Below, piece by piece: positions 46,180-54,112 of a DNA stretch of 64,000 nt. This DNA comes from Blastocatellia bacterium (lineage in GTDB: Bacteria; Acidobacteriota; Blastocatellia; RBC074). The stretch lies in assembly GCA_036565725.1 (NCBI GenBank), contig DATCXQ010000925.1, positions 2,594-66,593 of the forward strand. Direction: 5' to 3'. The first letter of the stretch is position 1; each line of letters begins with the position of its first letter. The notes under the pieces were generated by a model, which searched no databases, was not told where the DNA came from, and saw only the letters and a list, made by a program, of their open reading frames with translations. The position numbers and the translations under genes are program-made.

Positions 46180-48030
46180 ATGAGCCAATCAACAAAGAGT
46201 TCTCAAATACAGGAAGAGTTGGATTACCGCGCGGCTCTGGCCGACTGTTTTATCGACCTGAGCGAAGGCTGTATTTTCAACCATGCCTATGATGACGCGC
46301 TCAAATACATCGAACTTGCCACTCACTTTTACAATAATCTGACCGGTGATTTGTCATCATTGCGCGTTGAAATAAGTTTGCGCGCCATCGCCAATTTAAT
46401 TCCAAATGAACAGGAGAAGTCCCAGGTCGAATCTGTCGGCCCTTCCAGCAAGCCGGTTTGTCTCCACGTAATGAATGAAGCGTCCGCCTTCGGCGGGCTT
46501 ATCTCGACTGCGACTCGATGGATAAAAATCGACGGTGGCGCAAGGATTCACAGTGTCGCCCTTCTATCCCAACAGTTGCCGGCGCCGGCTGAGCTGGTTC
46601 AGGCCGTCTCAGAGAGCGGCGGCGAGATATACATCGCTGACCAGAAGTCATCTCCCTTTCAGCGGGCCGCGTGGCTGAGGAACCTGGCGCGCAAGATGGC
46701 GACGCACGTGGCGCTGCACATTGATTCTTGCAGCTTGATCGCCGCGATCGCTTTCGGCAGTAAGGGGGGACCGCCCGTGCTTCTGGTCAATCATCCAGGC
46801 CATATGTTTTGGGTCGGCGTATCAGCGGCCGACTTCGTTGTGAATGTCCGCGGATCGCAACTGGAGACACATTGGACGAAGGTTCACAGAGGGGCTAAAA
46901 ATTGTTTGACCATTCCGGTCCCACTGCTGGAACCTGAAACTTCGCATCAGGCGGAAATTGACCGCGAAGAAAGAAAGTCGAGAGCAAGGGAAATCCTCGG
47001 CGTCCCGAAAGATTCCATCCTGATCATGACATCCGGCGCCTCTTACAAATTCCGCCCCTTGGGAGAGATCGATTTTCTTAAAACCTGTCAGGAGATACTG
47101 GAAGCCGTTCCGGAGGCTTATTTACTGGCCGCAGGCATTATTGAAGACGATCGATGGCGAGACGCGTCAAATAAACTGGGTTCCAGATTGCGGGCGTTGG
47201 GCAGCCTTCCCCAGAGTAAGATTGCGATCCTTCACCAGGCCTCTGACGTGTATGTTGAAGGCTTCCCATTCGGTTCGACAACCGCGCTGCTCGAAGCGGG
47301 ATTGCAAGGACTTCCGGCCGTGCTCTCGCCGGCGGAATGCCCGCCGCCTTACGGGACAGACGGCGTTGCGTTGGACGACACACTCGAACGCCCCGCCAGT
47401 ATTGAGCGTTACAAACTGGAAGTGATAAGGCTTTGCAAAAATCCGGCCGATCGAGCCTCCGTCGCCATGAAGTTGCAAAAGTCGGTTCTCGCGCATCACA
47501 CGGGAGATGGATGGAGGCGGTATCTCACAAATGCGCTTCAGGCGCTGCCGTCGGAGCATCGCCTTCATCCGCTCCAAACGCCGGTCAGAACTCCGCCTGC
47601 GATTTATGAGTACTGGTGCGATTTCCTGGCGACGCAGGAGCCGAGCAGAAGCGTTCTTGAAGATCGTATATTCTGCGCCTTTTCCGTGGGATTGCGGCCG
47701 AAGATCACGCCAAAGATGAAGTCGGCCTGCAAGAAAGCCGAGCGCATCAGGGGGGACAGAACTATACCGCTGCCGCTCCTGTCATTGCTGTGCAATTACT
47801 GCCTGCCTCTGCTTCCCTTATCGCTGGCTCGCATTGTCTTCCGGACGGTCAAGTTTTTCTTCCTCGGAAGGTTGGCGGATAGGATGCGCAACAAGTTAGC
47901 TCGTCTGTTTCGGAGAACTAAGGATTCCCAGGCGCACTTCGAGCACCAATATCGCCATATCCAGGAAAACAACCGGTGGTTTGGCGCCGCAAACCAGGTT
48001 GCGTTGAAAGAAAATCTGGATCGGGAATAA
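46180..48030 (+). CDS. Hypothetical 616-aa protein with a GT-B (GT1/GT4-like) C-terminal half, visibly lower GC
   Basis: The region ILGVPKDSILIMTSGASYKF...LGSLPQSKIAILHQASDVYVEGFPFGSTTALLEAGLQGLPAV resembles the C-terminal Rossmann half of retaining glycosyltransferases. The N-terminal roughly 250 aa and the basic C-terminal tail are unrecognised. Confidence 0.55.
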   Translation: MSQSTKSSQIQEELDYRAALADCFIDLSEGCIFNHAYDDALKYIELATHFYNNLTGDLSSLRVEISLRAIANLIPNEQEKSQVESVGPSSKPVCLHVMNEASAFGGLISTATRWIKIDGGARIHSVALLSQQLPAPAELVQAVSESGGEIYIADQKSSPFQRAAWLRNLARKMATHVALHIDSCSLIAAIAFGSKGGPPVLLVNHPGHMFWVGVSAADFVVNVRGSQLETHWTKVHRGAKNCLTIPVPLLEPETSHQAEIDREERKSRAREILGVPKDSILIMTSGASYKFRPLGEIDFLKTCQEILEAVPEAYLLAAGIIEDDRWRDASNKLGSRLRALGSLPQSKIAILHQASDVYVEGFPFGSTTALLEAGLQGLPAVLSPAECPPPYGTDGVALDDTLERPASIERYKLEVIRLCKNPADRASVAMKLQKSVLAHHTGDGWRRYLTNALQALPSEHRLHPLQTPVRTPPAIYEYWCDFLATQEPSRSVLEDRIFCAFSVGLRPKITPKMKSACKKAERIRGDRTIPLPLLSLLCNYCLPLLPLSLARIVFRTVKFFFLGRLADRMRNKLARLFRRTKDSQAHFEHQYRHIQENNRWFGAANQVALKENLDRE

Positions 48031-48065
48031 GGATCAGTTCCGGCGATAAAAGCCGGCGGGAATAA

Positions 48066-49349
48066 ATGTCTGAAGTTGTTATCCGGGCCGAAGGCCTCGC
48101 CAAGAAATATCAAGTAGCGCATCAGGGTGAACGGGCAAGATACGTCGCCCTTCGCGACGTGATCACCGACAAACTGCTTGCGCCCATTCGATGGCTCAGG
48201 TCTCGGACTTCGAAAGCCGATAGCCCATCGTCCGCGGGCGTCAGTCCGAGGATCGAGGAATTCTGGGCGCTAAAAGACATATCATTCGAGGTCAAGCAGG
48301 GCGAACCGCTCGGAATCATCGGCCGAAACGGCGCCGGGAAATCGACCCTGCTCAAGCTCCTGTGCCGCATCACCGAACCTACCGCGGGCAAGGCCCGCAT
48401 CCGCGGCCGCGTCGCCAGCCTGCTCGAAGTCGGCACAGGCTTCCACCCCGAATTGACCGGCCGCGAAAACATCTACCTCAACGGCTCCATCCTAGGGATG
48501 TCCAGGGCGGAGATCAGGAAGAGGTTCGACGAGATCGTCGCCTTCGCCGAGATCGAGCGGTTCCTCGACACGCCCGTGAAGCGTTACAGCAGCGGGATGT
48601 ACGTGAGGTTGGCCTTCTCGGTGGCGGCGCACCTGGAGCCTGAGATACTGGTTTTGGATGAGGTGCTGGCGGTGGGGGATGTGGCGTTCCAGAGGAAGTG
48701 CATGAACTACATGAAGAGGCTGGCGCGGAGCGGCATCACCATCATCCTGGTTTCGCACAACCTTTTCGCCGTGAAGGCGATGTGCCGCCGCGCGCTGGTG
48801 TTGTCTGGCGGGAGGCTTCAATTCGACGGTTCGGCGGACGAGGGAGTCGAGATTTACCAGAAAAATTCCCAGATGGAAGCGACATCATGGGCGCTCGAGG
48901 TGGTCGGAAGGGACGTCAGCAAGTGGCCGATTATTCTTACCGCGATGGAGTTCTTCGACGCCGAAGGCCGGCCGCGCACGGTTTACGATTACGGCGAGCG
49001 AATGCGCGTGCGGATACATTACGAGTTGCGGAGGCCCATCGAATTCCCGAATTTCTACCTCTCTTTCCAGCGATCAGACAACGTCTGGTGTTGCAGTTTC
49101 AGCGCCGCTCGGGATGGCGCCACCGCTCCACTACTCAAAGAGAGCGGGTTCATCGAGCTACTGACTCCGCCACTACGATTGGTGGCTGACCTGTACGGCG
49201 CCTACGCTGCCGTATGGGATCAGGAATTCAAGAACCTTTACTCTGCGCAAACCGGTCCGAACTTCCACGTTCGCGACGAAATACTTAACCCCGAATTCGG
49301 AGTTTTTCACGAGCCTGCGGAATGGCGATGGAGCGCCACGGGCGATTGA
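48066..49349 (+). CDS. wzt: Polysaccharide export ABC ATPase with a Wzt_C-like domain, copy 2 (no cognate permease next to it)
   Basis: The domain order matches 40748-41995, with long identical nucleotide runs. For example, the 66-nt run 48392-48457 equals 40993-41058. It carries an extra N-terminal insertion (ARYVALRDVITDKLLAPIRWLRSRTSKADSPSSAGVSPRIEE). Confidence 0.9.
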   Translation: MSEVVIRAEGLAKKYQVAHQGERARYVALRDVITDKLLAPIRWLRSRTSKADSPSSAGVSPRIEEFWALKDISFEVKQGEPLGIIGRNGAGKSTLLKLLCRITEPTAGKARIRGRVASLLEVGTGFHPELTGRENIYLNGSILGMSRAEIRKRFDEIVAFAEIERFLDTPVKRYSSGMYVRLAFSVAAHLEPEILVLDEVLAVGDVAFQRKCMNYMKRLARSGITIILVSHNLFAVKAMCRRALVLSGGRLQFDGSADEGVEIYQKNSQMEATSWALEVVGRDVSKWPIILTAMEFFDAEGRPRTVYDYGERMRVRIHYELRRPIEFPNFYLSFQRSDNVWCCSFSAARDGATAPLLKESGFIELLTPPLRLVADLYGAYAAVWDQEFKNLYSAQTGPNFHVRDEILNPEFGVFHEPAEWRWSATGD

Positions 49350-49364
49350 CCCCTACCGACACTT

Positions 49365-50480
49365 ATGTTGACGAACAAGATTCCTTATCTCGACCTTCAT
49401 TCACAATATAAAGCTATTCGCGAAGAGGCGCTCGCAGCGTTAGAAGCGGTATGCGAGTCGACTCGATTCGCGCAAGGGCCGGCCGCGGCCGAATTTGAGA
49501 AGGCATTCGCCGATTATTGCGGCGTCGAGCATTGCGTGACCGTTAATTCCGGCACCAGCGCGCTGCACCTGGCTATGCGGCTCCTCAATATCGGGCCAGG
49601 CGACGAGGTCATTACCGCGCCTATGACCTTCATCGCCACTACGTGGGCGATAAGCTACGCCGGGGCCAAGCCGGTATTTGTGGATATCGACCCGGAGCGC
49701 AGGACCCTTGATCCTGCCAAACTGAAAAAGGCGATCACGCCGCGGACCAAGGCGATTCTGCCAGTGCATCTTTTTGGTCAGCCAGCGGACATGGAGTCGA
49801 TTCTACATATCGCCGGCCAGCATGACCTTCCCGTGATCGAAGACGCCGCTCAGGCGCATGGCGCTTTCTATAAAGGCCGCCGGGTCGGTCGACTCGGCGT
49901 CATTGCCTGCTTCAGCTTTTACCCGGGCAAAAACCTCGGCGCATACGGCGAGGGCGGAGCTCTGGTGACGAATGATTCTCGATTCGCGGAGCGCGCGCGC
50001 GCGTTGCGCGATCACGGGCAAAGCCAACGCTACTACCACGACGAGATCGGATACAATTACCGCATGGACAGCTTCCAGGCCGCCGTTCTGAATATAAAGC
50101 TGGGTAAATTGGACGAATGGAACGCGGCGCGCGCGCGGCATGCGAGCGCCTATGCGGAGTTACTTAAGGGCGCGCCGGTCAAGGCGCCCACGTTCTTTGA
50201 GGACTCTACTTCTGTCTGGCACTGTTACGTAATCGAGTGTGACGAGCGAGACAAGGTACGATCCCGCCTGTCCGATATGGGTATCGAAACCGGAATTCAC
50301 TACCCGGTTCCCGTTCACTTACAGCGCGCCTACGAATTCCTGGGCCATCGCCCAGGGGCCTTCCCAATCTCTGAAGAGTTCGGCCGCCGTTGCCTTTCCC
50401 TACCCCTCTACCCGGAGTTGACCGATGCGCAAATCCGAGACGTGGCCGAGGGCTTACGGGAAGCGGTTTCAAACACATAA
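49365..50480 (+). CDS. DegT/DnrJ/EryC1/StrS-family sugar aminotransferase, second copy (divergent)
   Basis: Contains IPYLDLHSQYKAIREE, NSGTSALHLAM and FSFYPGKNLGAYGEGGA (PLP-lysine region). 371 aa. Confidence 0.9.
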   Translation: MLTNKIPYLDLHSQYKAIREEALAALEAVCESTRFAQGPAAAEFEKAFADYCGVEHCVTVNSGTSALHLAMRLLNIGPGDEVITAPMTFIATTWAISYAGAKPVFVDIDPERRTLDPAKLKKAITPRTKAILPVHLFGQPADMESILHIAGQHDLPVIEDAAQAHGAFYKGRRVGRLGVIACFSFYPGKNLGAYGEGGALVTNDSRFAERARALRDHGQSQRYYHDEIGYNYRMDSFQAAVLNIKLGKLDEWNAARARHASAYAELLKGAPVKAPTFFEDSTSVWHCYVIECDERDKVRSRLSDMGIETGIHYPVPVHLQRAYEFLGHRPGAFPISEEFGRRCLSLPLYPELTDAQIRDVAEGLREAVSNT

Positions 50481-50568
50481 AGACTGCTAAAGCTTTGTTC
50501 GAAAGTAACCCGATCATTTTATAAACAGCCTGCGCCAATCGATGAGACCAGCATTGAGAGAATTATAT

Positions 50569-50688
50569 CTGTTTGCAATTGCGTGTACGGTAGGGGCAGA
50601 CCTGCGTGTCTGCCCCGAACTGGGTCTACACGCGACCACCGGGGCAGACACGCAGGTCTGCCCCTACTGTACACGTAAATGCTAACAG
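50569..50688. repeat. Palindromic element (family D, copy 2) with the shared terminal module
   Basis: The left side is ctgtttgcaattgcgtgtacggtaggggcagacctgcgtgtctgcccc. The right side is ggggcagacacgcaggtctgcccctactgtacacgtaaatgctaacag. The two inner hairpins are inverted copies and the termini are inverted. Confidence 0.9.
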
Positions 50689-50765
50689 ATCTAGTGATCG
50701 CGGAATTCAGGGAATTTATCACGGCATAGGCAGTTCCGTGTCAATCGCATTATTTTTTTGTCCCC

Positions 50766-50792
50766 TGTCGATTTTCCTGAACCTCGTCCGTC
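50766..50792 (+). promoter_or_regulatory. Candidate ECF-type promoter upstream of the yciI-sigma operon
   Basis: TGTCGA (50766-50771) is followed by CGTC at 50785-50788 and again at 50789-50792 (CGTCCGTCTAT). The spacer is 13 or 17 nt. It sits about 110 nt upstream of the YciI start. It matches the general TGTC...CGTC design of the ECF41 sites in this window. Confidence 0.4.
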
Positions 50793-50900
50793 TATAGGTC
50801 GGAAACGGGGCGAGGAGTAGAATACGCCCCCCACGTTTCCTGCTTCGACTGATGGCCGTCGGCCGTCAACCACACCAATCGCATGAAGGAGAAAAAACAC

Positions 50901-51272
50901 ATGCCGCAGTTTATGCTCATCTCTCAGGATTCGATGGAGATTCCAGAAGGTTTTGAGATCACTCCTGAAATCATTCAGGGCATCATTCAGAAATACAACG
51001 ACTGGGCCGAGGGTTTGAGGAAATCGGGCCACCTGGTCAGTTTGAACAAGCTGCGTGAAGATCCTGGAAAGAACATCACCGGCGTCGGCCCGAACCAGGT
51101 CGTCACCGACGGCCCTTACGCCGAGACCAAGGAGATCATCGGCGGTTACTGGATCGTCACCGCAGCGGATTACGACGAAGCCGTCAAACTGGCCTCAACT
51201 TGCCCGAGTCTGGAATTCGGCAGCCGCGTCGATGTCCGCGAGGTCGAAGACCTGTCAACGTTTTCTGGCTGA
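50901..51272 (+). CDS. YciI-family (DGPF-domain) protein
   Basis: MPQFMLIS...WAEGLRKSGHLVSLNKL...VTDGPYAETKEIIGGYWIV is the YCII/DGPF pattern. The ATG at 50901 follows AAGGAGA. Confidence 0.85.
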   Translation: MPQFMLISQDSMEIPEGFEITPEIIQGIIQKYNDWAEGLRKSGHLVSLNKLREDPGKNITGVGPNQVVTDGPYAETKEIIGGYWIVTAADYDEAVKLASTCPSLEFGSRVDVREVEDLSTFSG

Positions 51273-51301
51273 GAAATCAGAAAAATGTGGGATAGAGAAA
51301 T

Positions 51302-52570
51302 ATGGACAACGGAGCGCATGCGCTGGTGGATCATCTGTTTCGCCATCAGGCCGGGCGGATGATCGCCACGTTGACGCGCGTCTTCGGGCCGCGCCACATC
51401 GATCTGGCCGAAGAGGTCGTGCAGGAGGCTTTAATCAAAGCCCTGCAGCAATGGCCGTATCGCGGCGTTCCCGAAAATCCGCTGGCGTGGCTTATCCAGG
51501 TGGCGAAGAATCGCGCGCTCGATCTGCTGCGGCGCGATTCTTCGCTGCGGGAGAAGTCCGGCGAGATCGTCCGCGCCTTCGCCGCGCAGGAAGAGTTCGC
51601 AAACCGCAGGATCGAGACGGAGCGGAGCGCCGAACTGATTGATGACACGCTCGGCATGATCTTCATGGCCTGTCATCCGGCGATCCCGCGCGAAGGCCGC
51701 GTGGCGTTGACTCTCAAGACGGTCGGAGGCTTCGGCGTGAGCGAGATCGCGCGGGCGTTTCTGGCCAAAGAGCCGACCGTCGCGCAGCGACTGGTTCGCG
51801 CCAAACGTCTGATCCGTGACGAGGGCGTGACTTTCGATCTACCGGGCGAAGCCGAAATGTCGACGCGGCTCGATTCCGTTCTCGAAGTCTTGTATCTGCT
51901 CTTCAACGAGGGCTACACGGCGCATGCGGGAGAGAACCTGATTCGCGCCGACCTGGCTCAAGAAGCGATAAGGTTGTGTTCGCTGCTCGTCCGGCATCGG
52001 GCGACCAATCGTCCGAAATGCCAGGCGCTGCTGGCGCTGATGATGTTTCAGGCGGCCCGATTGCCCGCGCGCGTGGGCGAGGGGGGCGAATTGGCCCTGC
52101 TTTCCGAACAGGATCGCTCTCTGTGGGACCGGCGGATGATTTACCTGGCATTTAAACATCTCGAAGCCGCGGCCGAAGGCGACGAATTCACCGAGTACCA
52201 CTTGCAGGCCGCGATTGCGGCCTGCCACGCCGCAGCGTCGAGATACGAGTTGACCGATTGGGCCGAGATCGTGCGACTCTATGACCTGCTCGTCGCGTTG
52301 AATCCGTCCCCGGTCGTGGCGTTGAACCGCGCGGTCGCGGTCGCCAAATGGAAAGGCCCCGAAGCCGGCATCCGCGCGATCGAAGACATCAGTCGCCATC
52401 CTGCGCTGCAGCATTACTACCTGCTGCCCGCGACGCTCGGCGAATTGTGGAGCGAAATGGGCGACGCGACCAAAGCCGCCGATTTTTATCGCCAGGCATT
52501 GAACCGTCCTTGCTCGGAGCCTGAGCGACGTTTTTTATCGAAACGGCTTGAGGCGGCGAGCAACGCTTGA
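51302..52570 (+). CDS. ECF sigma factor with a long C-terminal TPR-like extension (group ECF42-like)
   Basis: 422 aa. Sigma region 2 (EEVVQEALIKALQQW) and region 4 (ALTLKTVGGFGVSEIARAFLAKEPTVAQRLVRAKRLI) are followed by about 220 aa of helical extension. It sits directly downstream of a YciI/DGPF gene, which is the conserved ECF42 context. Confidence 0.85.
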   Translation: MDNGAHALVDHLFRHQAGRMIATLTRVFGPRHIDLAEEVVQEALIKALQQWPYRGVPENPLAWLIQVAKNRALDLLRRDSSLREKSGEIVRAFAAQEEFANRRIETERSAELIDDTLGMIFMACHPAIPREGRVALTLKTVGGFGVSEIARAFLAKEPTVAQRLVRAKRLIRDEGVTFDLPGEAEMSTRLDSVLEVLYLLFNEGYTAHAGENLIRADLAQEAIRLCSLLVRHRATNRPKCQALLALMMFQAARLPARVGEGGELALLSEQDRSLWDRRMIYLAFKHLEAAAEGDEFTEYHLQAAIAACHAAASRYELTDWAEIVRLYDLLVALNPSPVVALNRAVAVAKWKGPEAGIRAIEDISRHPALQHYYLLPATLGELWSEMGDATKAADFYRQALNRPCSEPERRFLSKRLEAASNA

Positions 52571-52775
52571 AACCGCTCGATCAACTTCTGACCGGATTTG
52601 GTGGTCAAATGACTGCGAAAAGGTCTATGCTTCAACATGCGCTGGCCCCCCAGACACGCCACCAGGGCCAGCTTGCCGTCTATCAACGGCCGCTCGGAAC
52701 TGAGCATATCCCCACCGAACAATTCCGGCGGCTTACAAGCCAAACCAGTAGTACCTCAACCTCAAGGAGGCAGAC

Positions 52776-53204
52776 ATGAAGAAAATCAACTTAGGACGTG
52801 TCCTGCTGGGCGGTTTAATAGCAGGCGTGGTGTTGAACATCGGCGAATTCCTGCTCAACGAAGTAGTGTTGGGCGACGACATGAGAGAGCATTTTGCCAG
52901 GCTAGGTCTCCCTCAGCCCGGGGGCGATTTCATCGCCAAGGCTGTTGTGGCGACTTTCGTCCTGGGCGTCGTCATTACCTTTCTGTACGCGGCGATCAGA
53001 ACGCAATTTGGACAGGGAGTGAAGACGGCGATCTACGCCGGGGTGATCGCGTGGTTTTTCGTCAACGTTTACACCGGGGTGATCTACGGCTCGTTGGGAT
53101 TGTTTTCGATGAAGTCGCTAATGATCGGAGGCGTGTGGGGGCTGGTTGAATACTCCCTCGGCGCCATCGCCGGAGCTTGGATATACAAAGAAACCGAAGC
53201 CTGA
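52776..53204 (+). CDS. Hypothetical four-helix membrane protein
   Basis: 142 aa, preceded by an AAGGAGG SD. Hydrophobic helices include LGGLIAGVVLNIGEF and VVATFVLGVVITFLY. I recognise no family with confidence. Confidence 0.6.
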   Translation: MKKINLGRVLLGGLIAGVVLNIGEFLLNEVVLGDDMREHFARLGLPQPGGDFIAKAVVATFVLGVVITFLYAAIRTQFGQGVKTAIYAGVIAWFFVNVYTGVIYGSLGLFSMKSLMIGGVWGLVEYSLGAIAGAWIYKETEA

Positions 53205-53217
53205 TTGGCGATATTAT

Positions 53218-53254
53218 GCGGGGCGCCGCTCACTTTCGGGCGCGCCCCGCTTTT
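53218..53254 (+). terminator. Rho-independent terminator-like hairpin
   Basis: gcggggcgc (53218-53226) pairs with gcgccccgc (53242-53250) and is followed by tttt. It lies immediately after the membrane-protein stop. Confidence 0.65.
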
Positions 53255-53275
53255 CAGAAGAAGGGCGAGGAGAAT

Positions 53276-54109
53276 ATGAAACCGAAAGAGGTTCTTTTGT
53301 TGGCAGTCTGCCTGATGGCGATGGCGCCGGTCGCTCAGACTAAATCAACAACCACGACCGCTGATCCACAGGCGCAATCGTTGAAAGGGGTCACGCCGCC
53401 GAACAGTGAACCCGCGCCTCAGCAGCAACAGAGCCAACCGAAAGCCGAAACCAAACCGCCACGATTCGACAACGAGGTGTATCAATTCGGGATGTTGACT
53501 CGGGGGCCGAAGTGGACGGCCGAGAACACCCCTGAGATTCAGAAGATTCAAGAAGGCCACATGGCCAACATCAACAAGATGGCGCAGGCCGGCAAGCTCT
53601 TCGCCGCCGGACCGATTCTGGACAACGGCGACCTGCGTGGAATCTTCGTCTTTCGCGCCGCCTCGATTGAGGAAGCGAAGGCGTTGGCCGCCGAAGACCC
53701 CGCGATCAAGGCGGCGCGGTTGAAGCTCGAAATCCTGCCATGGTTCGGGTCGAAAGGCATCGGGGTTAGATCGATGGAGGAGTTCAAAAAGAATCCTGAT
53801 ATGAAATGGACGATGAAGAAATATCATCTCGCCATCCTCAGGCGCGGGCCTGAGACAACGCATCCCGCCGCGGAGACTCAGAAGATTCAACTCGAACACC
53901 TCTGGAACATCCGCCGAATGATGGACGACGGAAAGATGCTCACGGCCGGCCCCTTTATGAAGGACGGCGATCTGCGCGGAATTTTCGTCTTCAACACGGA
54001 ATCGGCCGACGAGGCGAAGGCCTGGGCTGAAGCCGATCCGGCGGTCAAAGCCGGAAGGCTGATTGTCGAAATCCATCCATGGCTGGTGGCGAAAGAGGTC
54101 TGGCCGTAA
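53276..54109 (+). CDS. Secreted protein made of two tandem YciI-like domains
   Basis: The start at MKPKEVLLLAVCLMAMAPVAQT (signal peptide) follows GAGGAG. There are two homologous halves. The first runs FGMLTRGPKW...GDLRGIFVFRAASIEEAKALAAEDPAIKAARLKLEILPW. The second runs LAILRRGPET...GDLRGIFVFNTESADEAKAWAEADPAVKAGRLIVEIHPW. Confidence 0.8.
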   Translation: MKPKEVLLLAVCLMAMAPVAQTKSTTTTADPQAQSLKGVTPPNSEPAPQQQQSQPKAETKPPRFDNEVYQFGMLTRGPKWTAENTPEIQKIQEGHMANINKMAQAGKLFAAGPILDNGDLRGIFVFRAASIEEAKALAAEDPAIKAARLKLEILPWFGSKGIGVRSMEEFKKNPDMKWTMKKYHLAILRRGPETTHPAAETQKIQLEHLWNIRRMMDDGKMLTAGPFMKDGDLRGIFVFNTESADEAKAWAEADPAVKAGRLIVEIHPWLVAKEVWP

Positions 54110-54112
54110 ACT

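Noticed and set aside
53345-54076. 243-aa minus-strand ORF
   Set aside because: It is antisense to the tandem YciI gene, which shows a clear internal domain duplication on the plus strand.
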